From Myxococcota bacterium (GTDB lineage: Bacteria > Myxococcota_A > SURF-8), in NCBI GenBank assembly GCA_963674735.2, contig CAXXQS010000001.1, forward strand, positions 2,208,001 to 2,272,000: a stretch of DNA of 64,000 nt, in the 5' to 3' direction. The notes under the pieces were generated by a model. The model saw only the letters and a program-made list of their open reading frames with translations, was not told the DNA's origin and searched no databases. Position 1 is the stretch's first letter. Every line of letters begins with the position of its first letter. This document shows positions 1 to 10,000 of the stretch, one piece after another. Made by a program: the position numbers and the translations under genes.

Positions 1-632
1 CCCTCGTTGAAAGCGAAGTCCGTCGCATTGCGCACGAGTTGGAACGCCTCTTCCACGGCACGCCTTCGGGTATCGACGACGCCCTGGCCGTCTATGGCGG
101 TGTCTGCTGGTTTTGTCGAAACGGCACCAGCCAAACCGATCTACCCGTTAATGTTAACGCGAAACAACTCGACACCAACACCCTGCAATTGGACCTCGTC
201 CCCCCAGCCATCGTCATCGCGTATTCCGGCCAGCCCAAAAGCACCTATGACAAGGTCGCCGGAGTCCGCGCCCGTTGGGAGGCCAACACCCCGCACATGG
301 AAAATCTGTTCGACGCCATCGCCGACTGTGTCGAGAACGGTCTCGCCGCCTGGACAACCCACGATATGACGCGTCTCGGACAAACTCTGACCGACAACCA
401 CCACCTGCTCCAGCAGATCGGCGTCTCGACTCCGACCCTCGACCACATGGTGGAATTGGCGTTGAGCCATGGAGCCTACGGAGCCAAATTGACCGGCGGC
501 GGCGGCGGCGGCTGTATTCTGGCCCTGACGCCCGAACAACCGGAGGCCCTTCGCGAGGCTTTCTCCCGATCCGGCTTTCCAGCCTGGGTCATCGAACACA
601 GCACAGGAGACCGCAAGCAATGCATGCCGTAA
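1..632 (+). CDS. mvk: Mevalonate kinase (5'-truncated by window edge)
   Basis: GHMP kinase motifs HGTPSGID and GAKLTGGGGGGC; the frame is open to the window start; first gene of a mevalonate operon. Confidence 0.9.
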   Translation, partial: LVESEVRRIAHELERLFHGTPSGIDDALAVYGGVCWFCRNGTSQTDLPVNVNAKQLDTNTLQLDLVPPAIVIAYSGQPKSTYDKVAGVRARWEANTPHMENLFDAIADCVENGLAAWTTHDMTRLGQTLTDNHHLLQQIGVSTPTLDHMVELALSHGAYGAKLTGGGGGGCILALTPEQPEALREAFSRSGFPAWVIEHSTGDRKQCMP

Positions 633-1606
633 CCGCGCAGGCCCACGCCAATATTGCGCTCATCAAATATTGGGGTAAACGGGACAGCGAGCTGAACCTG
701 CCCGAAACCGGGAGCCTTTCACTCACCCTATCCGATTTGACGACCACCACAACGGTACGCTTCGCCGATGACTTGAAAGCCGATGACATCAAGCTGGATG
801 GTCGTCCCGCCGATCCCAAATCGACCAAACGCATCTCCCGTTTTCTCGATCGGGTACGCCAGCGCGCCGGAATTAAGACTTATGCCGAGGTCACAACCGC
901 CAACAACTTCCCCACGGCCGCAGGGCTGGCGTCCTCGGCTTCGGGCTTTGCCGCCTTGACTCTGGCCGCCACCCTCGCCGCCGAATTGGATCTTTCATCC
1001 ACCGAACTGGCCGAGCTGGCACGCCTGGGTTCGGGTTCCGCCGCACGCAGCCTATCGGGTGGATTCGTCCACCTGAAAGCCGGTTCCGGTCCGCAGGGAC
1101 ACGACTTTTCCGTCCGCTCCATCGCCCCACCCGATCATATGGATCTGGCCTTGGTATTGGCGGTCAATTCGGATGCGGCCAAAGCGGTCGGATCGAGCGA
1201 AGGCATGGAACGAACCCGACGTCACTCCCCCTATTACCGTCCCTGGATCGAGACCAACCGCAGCCTGTTGCAAGAAGCACTCAGAGCGGTAAAACAGCAG
1301 GATTTCCCTACGTTGGGACGCCTCACCGAAGCTTCCTGCTTTCGGATGCACGCGGCCATGCTGGCGACCGATCCGCCCCTGATCTACTGGAACGGCGCAA
1401 CCCTGGACACCATTCGCCGTATCCACGCCCTGCGCGACAAAGGGCTGGAAGGCTACGTCACCATCGACGCCGGTCCCCACGCAAAAGTCTTATGCCGCAG
1501 GAAAGACGCCGAGGCCTGGAAAATTGAACTATCCACCTGCCCCGGAGTCGAACGCGTTCTTGTCGAAACACCCGGACCGGGCACAAAACGGATGGAGAAT
1601 TCATAG
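620..1606 (+). CDS. mvaD: Diphosphomevalonate decarboxylase
   Basis: ANIALIKYWGKRD, NNFPTAAGLASSASG, GSGSAARS, TIDAGPH; ATG at 620 after AGGAGA RBS. Confidence 0.95.
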   Translation: MHAVTAQAHANIALIKYWGKRDSELNLPETGSLSLTLSDLTTTTTVRFADDLKADDIKLDGRPADPKSTKRISRFLDRVRQRAGIKTYAEVTTANNFPTAAGLASSASGFAALTLAATLAAELDLSSTELAELARLGSGSAARSLSGGFVHLKAGSGPQGHDFSVRSIAPPDHMDLALVLAVNSDAAKAVGSSEGMERTRRHSPYYRPWIETNRSLLQEALRAVKQQDFPTLGRLTEASCFRMHAAMLATDPPLIYWNGATLDTIRRIHALRDKGLEGYVTIDAGPHAKVLCRRKDAEAWKIELSTCPGVERVLVETPGPGTKRMENS

Positions 1607-1607
1607 C

Positions 1608-2579
1608 ATGCGGCTGAGCTGTCCGGGAAAAAGCTTTCTACTGGGGGAATACGCGGTTCTCGAAGGTGCCCCCGCACTGGTCGCCGCCGTGAATCGACGC
1701 GCGTTCCTGGAACCGAGTCCTCAAGCCTCCCGCGCACGCCGCGACCTGGTGGCCTTTGCGCGCCAACGAGCCGCTCAGGTCTTCAACCTGCCTTTAGCGC
1801 CGCTCCTCTACCGGGCCGATACCGACGCGTTCAGTCACCAGCGGCATAAGTTGGGTCTCGGTAGTTCAGCGGCCGTCACGGTGTTGGCCGTGGCTTCCGT
1901 GGCATCCGAGAATCGATTGGACATCCACCATCATGCCGTCAGACTTCGCATCTGGGAAGCGGCTTTCGACATCCACAATGCATTTCAAAACGCCGTAGGG
2001 TCCGGTGGCGATCTGGCGGCGTCCCTCTTCGGTGGACTGCTGGTCATCAACCCGCAACCCAACACCCAAGCTCCACGGATCGAATCGCTCACGCTCGCCC
2101 AGGATGCCCACCTGTCGTTTGTCTACACAGGCAAAAGCGCCTCGACTTCCGAATTGGTGAAGACAGTCCAGGCCTTCAAGGCGCGCCATCCGGGGCGATA
2201 CAGCGAATGCATCGAAACCATGCGCGAAACGGCCAAGACCGCCCTTTCCACGAATTTATTGTCGGCTGAAAACCTGCAAACGGCTTTCGCCACATATGGT
2301 CGAGCGATGGACCATCTCGGACGCATCAGCGGCGCTCCGATCATCACGAACCCCATTCGCCAGCTCATGCAACTCGCCGATAAAACAGGTGGAACCGCCA
2401 AACCGTCAGGTGCCGGTGGCGGAGATCTGATTGTCGCGGTGTTCGACCAAGTCGATAATCTCAGCCGTTTCGAGAAAAACGCCCGAGAAAACGGCTTTTT
2501 CCCACTTTCGTTGAAACTGGACTCGGAAGGGCTTACGCAAACCGCCTCACATCAGCTCAAACAAAGGAACACGCCATGA
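1608..2579 (+). CDS. Phosphomevalonate kinase (GHMP family)
   Basis: PGKSFLLGEYAVL, KLGLGSSAA, GSGGDLAAS, KPSGAGGGD; operon context. Confidence 0.88.
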   Translation: MRLSCPGKSFLLGEYAVLEGAPALVAAVNRRAFLEPSPQASRARRDLVAFARQRAAQVFNLPLAPLLYRADTDAFSHQRHKLGLGSSAAVTVLAVASVASENRLDIHHHAVRLRIWEAAFDIHNAFQNAVGSGGDLAASLFGGLLVINPQPNTQAPRIESLTLAQDAHLSFVYTGKSASTSELVKTVQAFKARHPGRYSECIETMRETAKTALSTNLLSAENLQTAFATYGRAMDHLGRISGAPIITNPIRQLMQLADKTGGTAKPSGAGGGDLIVAVFDQVDNLSRFEKNARENGFFPLSLKLDSEGLTQTASHQLKQRNTP

Positions 2580-3763
2580 CTCTGAGGCCGATATCTTCTC
2601 GTCTATCCGGCTGGCACAAACTATCACGCCGGGAACGACTTAACATACTCAAACACTGGCTGGATGATCGTCCTTTGGATCTAAGCATATTGGATTCCGG
2701 GGGGCTCTCCACCCAGCAAGCCGAATCACTGATTGAAAACGTTTGCGGCCTCTACTCGCTGCCCTTCTCCGTTGCTCCCAATTTCGTCATCAACGATGAA
2801 GATTTGTTGGTGCCGATGGTCATCGAAGAGCCTTCGGTGGTCGCCGCCGCCTCCAATGCCGCACGTCTGGCCCGTCATGGAGGCGGGTTCCATGTCGAAT
2901 CCTCCAACCCCATCATGATTGAACAAATCCAGATCACTCTGGACGATCCGGAAAAAGCCGCGCGGATCATTCTCGAACATAAAGCCGAGTTGCTCGATAT
3001 CGCCCGCCAATCGGACCCGACTCTAATCGATCTGGGTGGAGGTCCGCTGGATCTGGAGTGTCGCCAGATCGGACGCGGGGGAGAGCGCTATCTCATTTTA
3101 CATCTACTGGTGGATGTCCGGGACGCCATGGGCGCCAACACCATCAATACCATGGGTGAAGCCATCGCTCCAAAGATCGAAGCCTTGACCGGCGGAAAGG
3201 TCGGCCTTTGTATCATCAGCAATCTGGCCGACCGTCGGCTGGTAACAGTCAAGACTCGGATTCCGTTTAAATCGCTTAAAATGAAGGATTTCTCGGCGGA
3301 GCAGGTCCGGGATGGCATCGTCGCCGCGTCGCGTTTCGCCGAGCTGGATCCGTATCGCGCCGCGACCCACAACAAGGGCGTGATGAATGGAATCGACGCG
3401 GTTCTGCTGGCCACCGGGAACGACTGGCGTGCAGTGGAAGCGGGAGCCCATGCCTTTGCCGCCAAAGACGGAGGCTATCACCCTCTGTCGGTTTGGTGGA
3501 GCGGCGATAACGGCGACTTACGTGGGCGTCTGACGATCCCCATGGCGGTCGGCATCGTCGGCGGCGCGACACGCGTACAGGCCGTTGCGCGACTCGCCTT
3601 GGAATTGATCGGGGCCGACAGCGCAACCAAGCTTGCGGCCGTCGCGGCTGCGGCTGGATTAGCGAATAATCTTGCAGCCTTACGTTCTCTGGCCACGGAA
3701 GGCATACAAAAAGGCCACATGCGCCTGCATCAACGCAGTCGCCACTTAACCGATAAAAGCTGA
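2576..3763 (+). CDS. mvaA: HMG-CoA reductase, class II
   Basis: IENVCG, EEPSVVAAAS, DAMGANTIN, RAATHNKG, EGIQKGHM; ATGA overlap with the previous gene. Confidence 0.95.
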   Translation: MTLRPISSRLSGWHKLSRRERLNILKHWLDDRPLDLSILDSGGLSTQQAESLIENVCGLYSLPFSVAPNFVINDEDLLVPMVIEEPSVVAAASNAARLARHGGGFHVESSNPIMIEQIQITLDDPEKAARIILEHKAELLDIARQSDPTLIDLGGGPLDLECRQIGRGGERYLILHLLVDVRDAMGANTINTMGEAIAPKIEALTGGKVGLCIISNLADRRLVTVKTRIPFKSLKMKDFSAEQVRDGIVAASRFAELDPYRAATHNKGVMNGIDAVLLATGNDWRAVEAGAHAFAAKDGGYHPLSVWWSGDNGDLRGRLTIPMAVGIVGGATRVQAVARLALELIGADSATKLAAVAAAAGLANNLAALRSLATEGIQKGHMRLHQRSRHLTDKS

Positions 3764-3786
3764 TTTGAGACACTAACAAGTAAGAC

Positions 3787-3816
3787 TTGCCCTTTACGTG
3801 AATAGAACGATATGAT
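3787..3816 (+). promoter_or_regulatory. Putative sigma70 promoter
   Basis: TTGCCC-N18-TATGAT upstream of the 3860 CDS. Confidence 0.4.
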
Positions 3817-3859
3817 TAGACGTCCAAAGAACTAACGGAACGAAACGACGAGGTTCGGC

Positions 3860-6319
3860 ATGCGGCAAGTGTGGAAACCCATCCTGGTAAACCTTCTGAT
3901 TTGGGGATTGCTTGCAACGGCCTGCCAGTCATCATCGGTTTCCATTGACGAACCGAAACCCCGTCTGTCCATTTCTCTGAAACTCGTATGGCCCCAAAAC
4001 ATAAAAGCCCGGCAAAAAGACGAAACAGCGACAGCCGAACGCAGCATCGTATCCTCTCCCAGCATCACACGCTTATCGGTTGTCTTGGACTTTTTGCACA
4101 ATCACCGCGACAGAGGCTTCGAAATCGATCCTCTGCGTCTGCCACCGACCCAGGTACTTGTCGACATCGTCGATAATGCCGACCGCATCAGCATCCCCTT
4201 GCCGGACACTCTGGTCGATACGGTACTTGGGCTGGGCGACGAAACGGACGCCGACTTGGATGTCGTGATTGCCGTTCAGGCCTACGCTGCAGAGTTCGAT
4301 CAACCGGTATTCTACGGATACAGCTCACCCTTCGACATCTTGGGCCGATCGGAAGAATCGGTCACGATCCCATTGGTGGAGGATACCCGAAACCTACCTC
4401 CAGTCGCATTCATCCAGGCAGCAACAAGCCGTTTCGTGGCGGGCAAAGGACTGGAATTAAACGCGGAAGCATCCCTGGACCCGGAAGACGACCCACGCCG
4501 GTATTGCTGGTTCGTGCTCGAACCCGGGAAAAGCGAACCTGAAATATTTCAATCAACCAGCATCAAGCTGGATTCCCTGACAAGTGGTGAATGGATTGCC
4601 GAGCTGCGAGTGGGTGATGCAACACTTCCACCCGATTGCAGCGAAATCCCGATTTTCGAACCACTTGAAAGCGATGATCCACTGGAATTATCCAGCCAGC
4701 ATTCACGCCTGCGCTTCGAAGCCCGCTCATGCAGCGCAGGAGCGGAATGTGAAGATGCCGGTCTGGTGTGCTGCCAGGAATCCGATACCGAAAAGACTGA
4801 TTCCCTTTCAGCAATCTGCCGGCTGCCCGACGACTGCAACGAGATTATCGGCGGGAACTTGAGCGTTTCTCCATTATCCATCGATTTCGGGGTCGTTCAG
4901 CCAAACGATCAGCTTACTCGGGAAATAACGATAACCAACGTCGGAAACAGCTCAGCCAACATCCGCGATCTGCTTTTCGAACCCGCCGACCGGCGTTTGA
5001 CCTTTGCCGGAATCGAACAAGACACACTTCCTCGATCAATCGCTCCTGAAGAATCCCTAACCGTTGAAATTTACCTAAAAGGCGATGCCACCTCCATCGG
5101 CCCTGTGGAATCCACGTTTCTGATCATGGAAGAAGACAATCCGCGCAAAGTGAAGATCAAAGGAATTGTATCGGCCGGAGCTTCCGTGTCTTTCAGACCT
5201 GACGACACCGTCATCAACTTCGGAAGCCTTGCGGCCAATGCCATTTCCGCGACAGAACTATTGCGAATTTTCAACACCTCCGGCGACGGACTTCCCCTGC
5301 AGATTATCGGCATCGACATCAACAACTTGTCGGACAAAGCTTCGGTAGATGATGAAACATCGTTCATTTTAACGAATTGGTCGGATTTCACCTCTTCCTC
5401 CATCTCCGATATCGGTTTGCCGATCACAATCGAGGCGGCTGATGTGAATAATGACAGCATTCAACCCTGGTTCGACTTATTCATCCAGTTCGCGCCCTCT
5501 CGTATCGGCGAATATCTGGCGGAGTTGGTCATTACCACCGACGCACCCAACCAATCCCGCTATGCGGTTTTGCTGCGGGGACGGGCCGAAGGTGTTGCCT
5601 CCACGCCACCCTGTTTTTACGAGCCGGAAGTTTGCGAAGGCCACCCCGATATGAAAACGATTCCGGGAACCTGCCTCTGCATGGATCAGTACGAAGCCGT
5701 CGTGGTCGACACCGACTTCTTCAACAACGGGGAATGCAGCGGTTCTGCGCGAGGTCGCATCTACAATCAGGACACCGACACCCTATCGAACATCCTCCCG
5801 ATCGATGTCGCTATCGACAACCTTGACATCTCCATTTTCGCGTGCGCTCAGGAAGAGCAACGGCCATCGGTGTTCGTCTCGTTCAATCAAGCCGCCCTCG
5901 CCTGCCGCCGGGCGGGCAAAACGCTCTGCCCCTCCGATATCTGGACGCGAGCCTGCAAAGGCTACAATGGCGCGCTCTGCGACAATCAAGCCAGTTATCC
6001 ATACGGATGTGACTATGAGCCAGGTTTGTGTAACGACATATGGCGCTGGCAAGATGAAACCGCAACACCCCGAGCCCTACCCGCCTCGGAAATGTGGGAC
6101 TGCTCCAACGATTGGCACTTTGTCAACATGAGCGGCAACGTTCGGGAATGGGCCGTAAATGAAGGAAATCCCGTGCTGCGCGGCGGATCATTCGAAGTCC
6201 AATCGGGAAGCACATTATCCTGTGATGACGAAGTGGGAGTTGAACGTCTTCAACAACAGCCGGACATCGGGTTCAGGTGTTGTGTCGAGGTTACCCAGAA
6301 TTCGGATGCGGCACGTTAA
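3860..6319 (+). CDS. Lipoprotein with PKD/Ig-like (ASH-type) repeats and C-terminal FGE-sulfatase (SUMF1/C-type lectin fold) domain
   Basis: Lipobox LLATAC; NLPPVA..ASLDPEDD PKD-like segment; SPLSIDFG..ITITNVG Ig repeats; NMSGNVREW..RGGSF..IGFRCC. Confidence 0.75.
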   Translation: MRQVWKPILVNLLIWGLLATACQSSSVSIDEPKPRLSISLKLVWPQNIKARQKDETATAERSIVSSPSITRLSVVLDFLHNHRDRGFEIDPLRLPPTQVLVDIVDNADRISIPLPDTLVDTVLGLGDETDADLDVVIAVQAYAAEFDQPVFYGYSSPFDILGRSEESVTIPLVEDTRNLPPVAFIQAATSRFVAGKGLELNAEASLDPEDDPRRYCWFVLEPGKSEPEIFQSTSIKLDSLTSGEWIAELRVGDATLPPDCSEIPIFEPLESDDPLELSSQHSRLRFEARSCSAGAECEDAGLVCCQESDTEKTDSLSAICRLPDDCNEIIGGNLSVSPLSIDFGVVQPNDQLTREITITNVGNSSANIRDLLFEPADRRLTFAGIEQDTLPRSIAPEESLTVEIYLKGDATSIGPVESTFLIMEEDNPRKVKIKGIVSAGASVSFRPDDTVINFGSLAANAISATELLRIFNTSGDGLPLQIIGIDINNLSDKASVDDETSFILTNWSDFTSSSISDIGLPITIEAADVNNDSIQPWFDLFIQFAPSRIGEYLAELVITTDAPNQSRYAVLLRGRAEGVASTPPCFYEPEVCEGHPDMKTIPGTCLCMDQYEAVVVDTDFFNNGECSGSARGRIYNQDTDTLSNILPIDVAIDNLDISIFACAQEEQRPSVFVSFNQAALACRRAGKTLCPSDIWTRACKGYNGALCDNQASYPYGCDYEPGLCNDIWRWQDETATPRALPASEMWDCSNDWHFVNMSGNVREWAVNEGNPVLRGGSFEVQSGSTLSCDDEVGVERLQQQPDIGFRCCVEVTQNSDAAR

Positions 6320-6834
6320 CTTGGCAGAAGCAAATCCGAATAGGATTGCGGCAGTAAATCCTGTCTTTCGAGGCCGAACAATCGAATCAAGCCCTCCAAA
6401 CGTTTCCGTTCGTCCTCTTCCGAACGAGAACCATCCATCACGGCCTCAAATTCGATAAAATCACCGAGATTTTCCACTCGATCGAGATGAATGCGAACAT
6501 TCCGGTACTTGTACAAGGTCCGCTCTTTTTGCACGATTCCCCAGATACCGAATGCCCGCGCCAAAACATTTTTCATGGCGTCGGGGTCGCCTAAAGCCGA
6601 AACCGTATAATGGCTTGGGCGAGGCTCGGACACATCGGTCCGAGCATAGGCGATGACCTCTGCAGAACGGGTATCACCTGTAATCTCACGCAACTTCAAA
6701 CGACCGGATGGGGCATAGTAGTAGGTATCCCGCTGAATCAAGCAGAAACCGTGACTTTGGCCAGTCAATTCACGCGCAATCTGTTCCGCATTGGCCCGGT
6801 GAGCCAGCCGGGCTTTGATCTCGATATTTTTCAT
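6316..6834 (-). CDS. CYTH-domain protein (class IV adenylate cyclase CyaB-like)
   Basis: N-terminal ExEIK-like NIEIKA, QRDTYY, RLKLRE, KERTLY, HLDRVENLGDFIEFE, SYSDLL; GGAGG RBS before 6834. Confidence 0.85.
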   Translation of the reverse strand: MKNIEIKARLAHRANAEQIARELTGQSHGFCLIQRDTYYYAPSGRLKLREITGDTRSAEVIAYARTDVSEPRPSHYTVSALGDPDAMKNVLARAFGIWGIVQKERTLYKYRNVRIHLDRVENLGDFIEFEAVMDGSRSEEDERKRLEGLIRLFGLERQDLLPQSYSDLLLPS

Positions 6835-7017
6835 TCCAATCCTCCGCGTTGCGATAAACATAACAAGTTTTTCAAACAAACGAAATAATTTGAGTTGAAT
6901 AATCCGACATCACAGGCTTCCAATCTTTCATTCAGCTTGTATTCTCCGCATATTACGAGTAGAACGTAAGTGTTCAACAGAGTTAGGACCGATCGAGAAT
7001 CCGGTAAATGGGAGGGC

Positions 7018-10000
7018 ATGGCCATGCGTAACACAAACGCAAAGCTAAGCATTTGGGTTTTACTTATCGTTTTCCTTGCGATTTTCTCCGCTTGCGGCGG
7101 ATCGGGCGAAGATGATGAGCGTGATCGGGATAAGGACCCCGACGATGGGGATACGGATGATGAACTCACACCCGGATCCTGCGATGCGTCGTTCACACTC
7201 GATGCGTCGGACGACGAGACCGCACGCAAAGAATTTTTGCTCACATTTACGGTCGGCGATTGCAACGATATCGACGAAATCGGCGTCATGAACGGCGATC
7301 GCTTTTACAAGGCAACCGCCCTCACCGCCGACCGTTTTCGTCGCTACGTCCCGATGGAGGAAGGCACCAACGACCTTTCCGTTGTTTTGTGGGATTCCGG
7401 CAACCACGAATTTACCAGCGATTCCATCGAGGTTACCTATTCGCCGCAAGCCCCCCAAGCCACAGCTTCATCGGGATACATCCACGGAAGCGTCATCAAT
7501 GAAACCAGCCAAGCTCCCATCTCGGAGGCAACCGTCTATGTCCGTGATATCGATGGCGAAATGGAAAGTGACACAGAGGGACACTTTGTTTTCCCAACAC
7601 CCGGTACGGGACGCTTTCTCGTCACGGTGGAAAAAGACGGATTTACGTTGGGTCAGGCTTGGATCGGCGTCCGCACCCGCTCGCACGCCTCGCTGAAACC
7701 ACTTCACCTGGTTCCCTTAGACAGCAAAACAACCCGCATCACGGCAGCAGAGGGTGGTGAGATGGAGAACAGCAGCGGCGACATCACCATGTCGGTGCCA
7801 TCCGGGGCACTGAGGGCCGATGTCGATGTGTCCGGGTTGAGTTTTCCCAGTTATCGAAGCCTACCGGCCGAGCTACCCGATTCTTCCGGCTGGACTCAGG
7901 CGCTCGAATTGTTTCCGGAAGGTGTCCACTTCGATAAACCGGCGTTAGTGCGGCAAGAAAATATCAACGGCTTTCCTCCCGGATTCAAAGTTCCGGCCGG
8001 TTATTACAATCGCGATAAAGGCGCATGGGAACCGGAAGGGATGGCCACGGTCAGCGAGGACGGTCAGTGGCTGGAGTTCGAAGCCACTCATTTCTCTCCT
8101 TTCGACCTCAATCTGCCCATCAATCCGCGCGATCCGGCCGACAGTGAAACCGGAGACCAGGATGACTGTAACAAAGGCACGCGCGGTTCCTCGATCGTTG
8201 ATGATTTGGGAGGTCAGCTCACGCTGTACCACCCCATCAGCCGGTACATCGAACAAAACAACCCCCAGACTCTTTACCTCCAGTACAACAGCGGAGCCGC
8301 AGCCGGAGAAATCGATGTTCTGATCCCCATCATGGCCAACGGAGGCCAGGACGTTCAGCGCCTGGAGGCCGATCTCGGTTTCATGGGACATTATCGTCAC
8401 TTGGCGGGTGAAGCCGATGGCGGAGAAGGATACTGGGCCGGAGCCCGTTTCCCCACCGACACCCCGGATGGAAACCCGATTCCGAACGGACTGTATCCGG
8501 TGAGCTTCGACCTGACTAAATTCCAAACCTCCACCTACATGACCGCCGACTACTTCGGAGCTGGCGGTTTGAAAGATTCGGGCGTTCCCACCCGTGAAGC
8601 CCTGCCTTTCACATCACGCAAGGCGGTTCCGGCGCTGATCAACGACAGACGGGAAAGTCCATTCGGAGCCGGGTGGAGCCTGGACGTTATGGAAGAGCTG
8701 GTTTTCGATGAAGAAACCGGCTATGCCGTCTGGTACAGAGGCGACCGACGGCCGCTAGCACTACTCTCGGGACTCCCCACCGGCGATCCGATCGTCCTGG
8801 ACAATTTTGATTACTACGAAATCAAACAGCATGCCTATGATAATCAAGGACGGCTCTACATCCTGATGGAAAGCGGCGAGATCTACCGTGCTCCCTCGCG
8901 TGATCAGGTCGCATCCGCCACCTTGCTGGCGACGATTGAAGACACCGAATACCTCATTTTCAACGATTCCGACCTCTATGCCATGACGGATGACTCCGAA
9001 CTGATCAGCATTGACGAAGCGGGCGACACCACCTTGCTGTGGAACCTCAACGAAAAGTATGTCTTAGACCAGTTCTGGGGCACCGATGAACTCAGTTCGA
9101 TAAAAATGCTGTTTGTCGAAACGGGAGCCGTGATCGATCAAAACGGCTATCTGTGGGTTCTGGGCATCGATTCTCAAGTGGGGGAAAACCAAAGCAGTTT
9201 GTTACCACTGGTGATTCGCGTCGACATCAGCGGTAGCGCTCCGGTTTTCGAGTACTACCAGATCGCCCGGCTCAGCGACTGGTGGGGGCCGGTCAGTCTA
9301 AGTTACGACCGGGTGGAACACGCCCTGTATTACGTGTTTTATGGCGAAAGCCAGCTTCGACGCTTCGATATTCTGGGCCTCAATGAAAGTTTCATAACCT
9401 GGAACGACGACTTCAACACCGAATCCGAGGGCACACTCGTACGCGGATCGGGCAGCGACAGTTACTTTCTCAGTGAATACAAGCTCCTCCGCATATCTCC
9501 CGAAGGTCTCATCACCTCCCTGGCGCAGGACGAAATCGACCAGGCTTGGGCTTTCGGGATGGAAATCCGGCAAGTCGCCCTTCAACCCGATGGGACGGCC
9601 AGCTTCATCGCCGTCAACCAGGATGATGATGGAGTCTTGACCCAAGCGGATTACCAACGCGCAGTCGACATCGAAAAACTGATCGTCGCCACACGCTCGG
9701 ATAGCGGCGCAACATTGGCCGTGAGGGGTGAGACTCACACTTTCGACGCCGATGGCCGTATTGTGGCCGTTACGGACGCTCAGGGGCATAGTTCGTCCTA
9801 CACCTACGACGGCACCCACCTCGTCTCCTACACCAGCCCCCTCGGTCATACCACGACCTTCGACTATCCGAACCCGACCAGCACCGTGATTACCGACCCG
9901 GCAGGCGTGACGCGCAGTTTGTCACTAGATGCCCAAAACCACTTGACTCAAATCAGCGAATCCGGTGGCTCAACCCTTAATTTCAGCTACGATGCAAAGG

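Noticed and set aside
6120-6300. Possible DGR variable region in the FGE domain
   Set aside because: No reverse transcriptase or template repeat seen in the window
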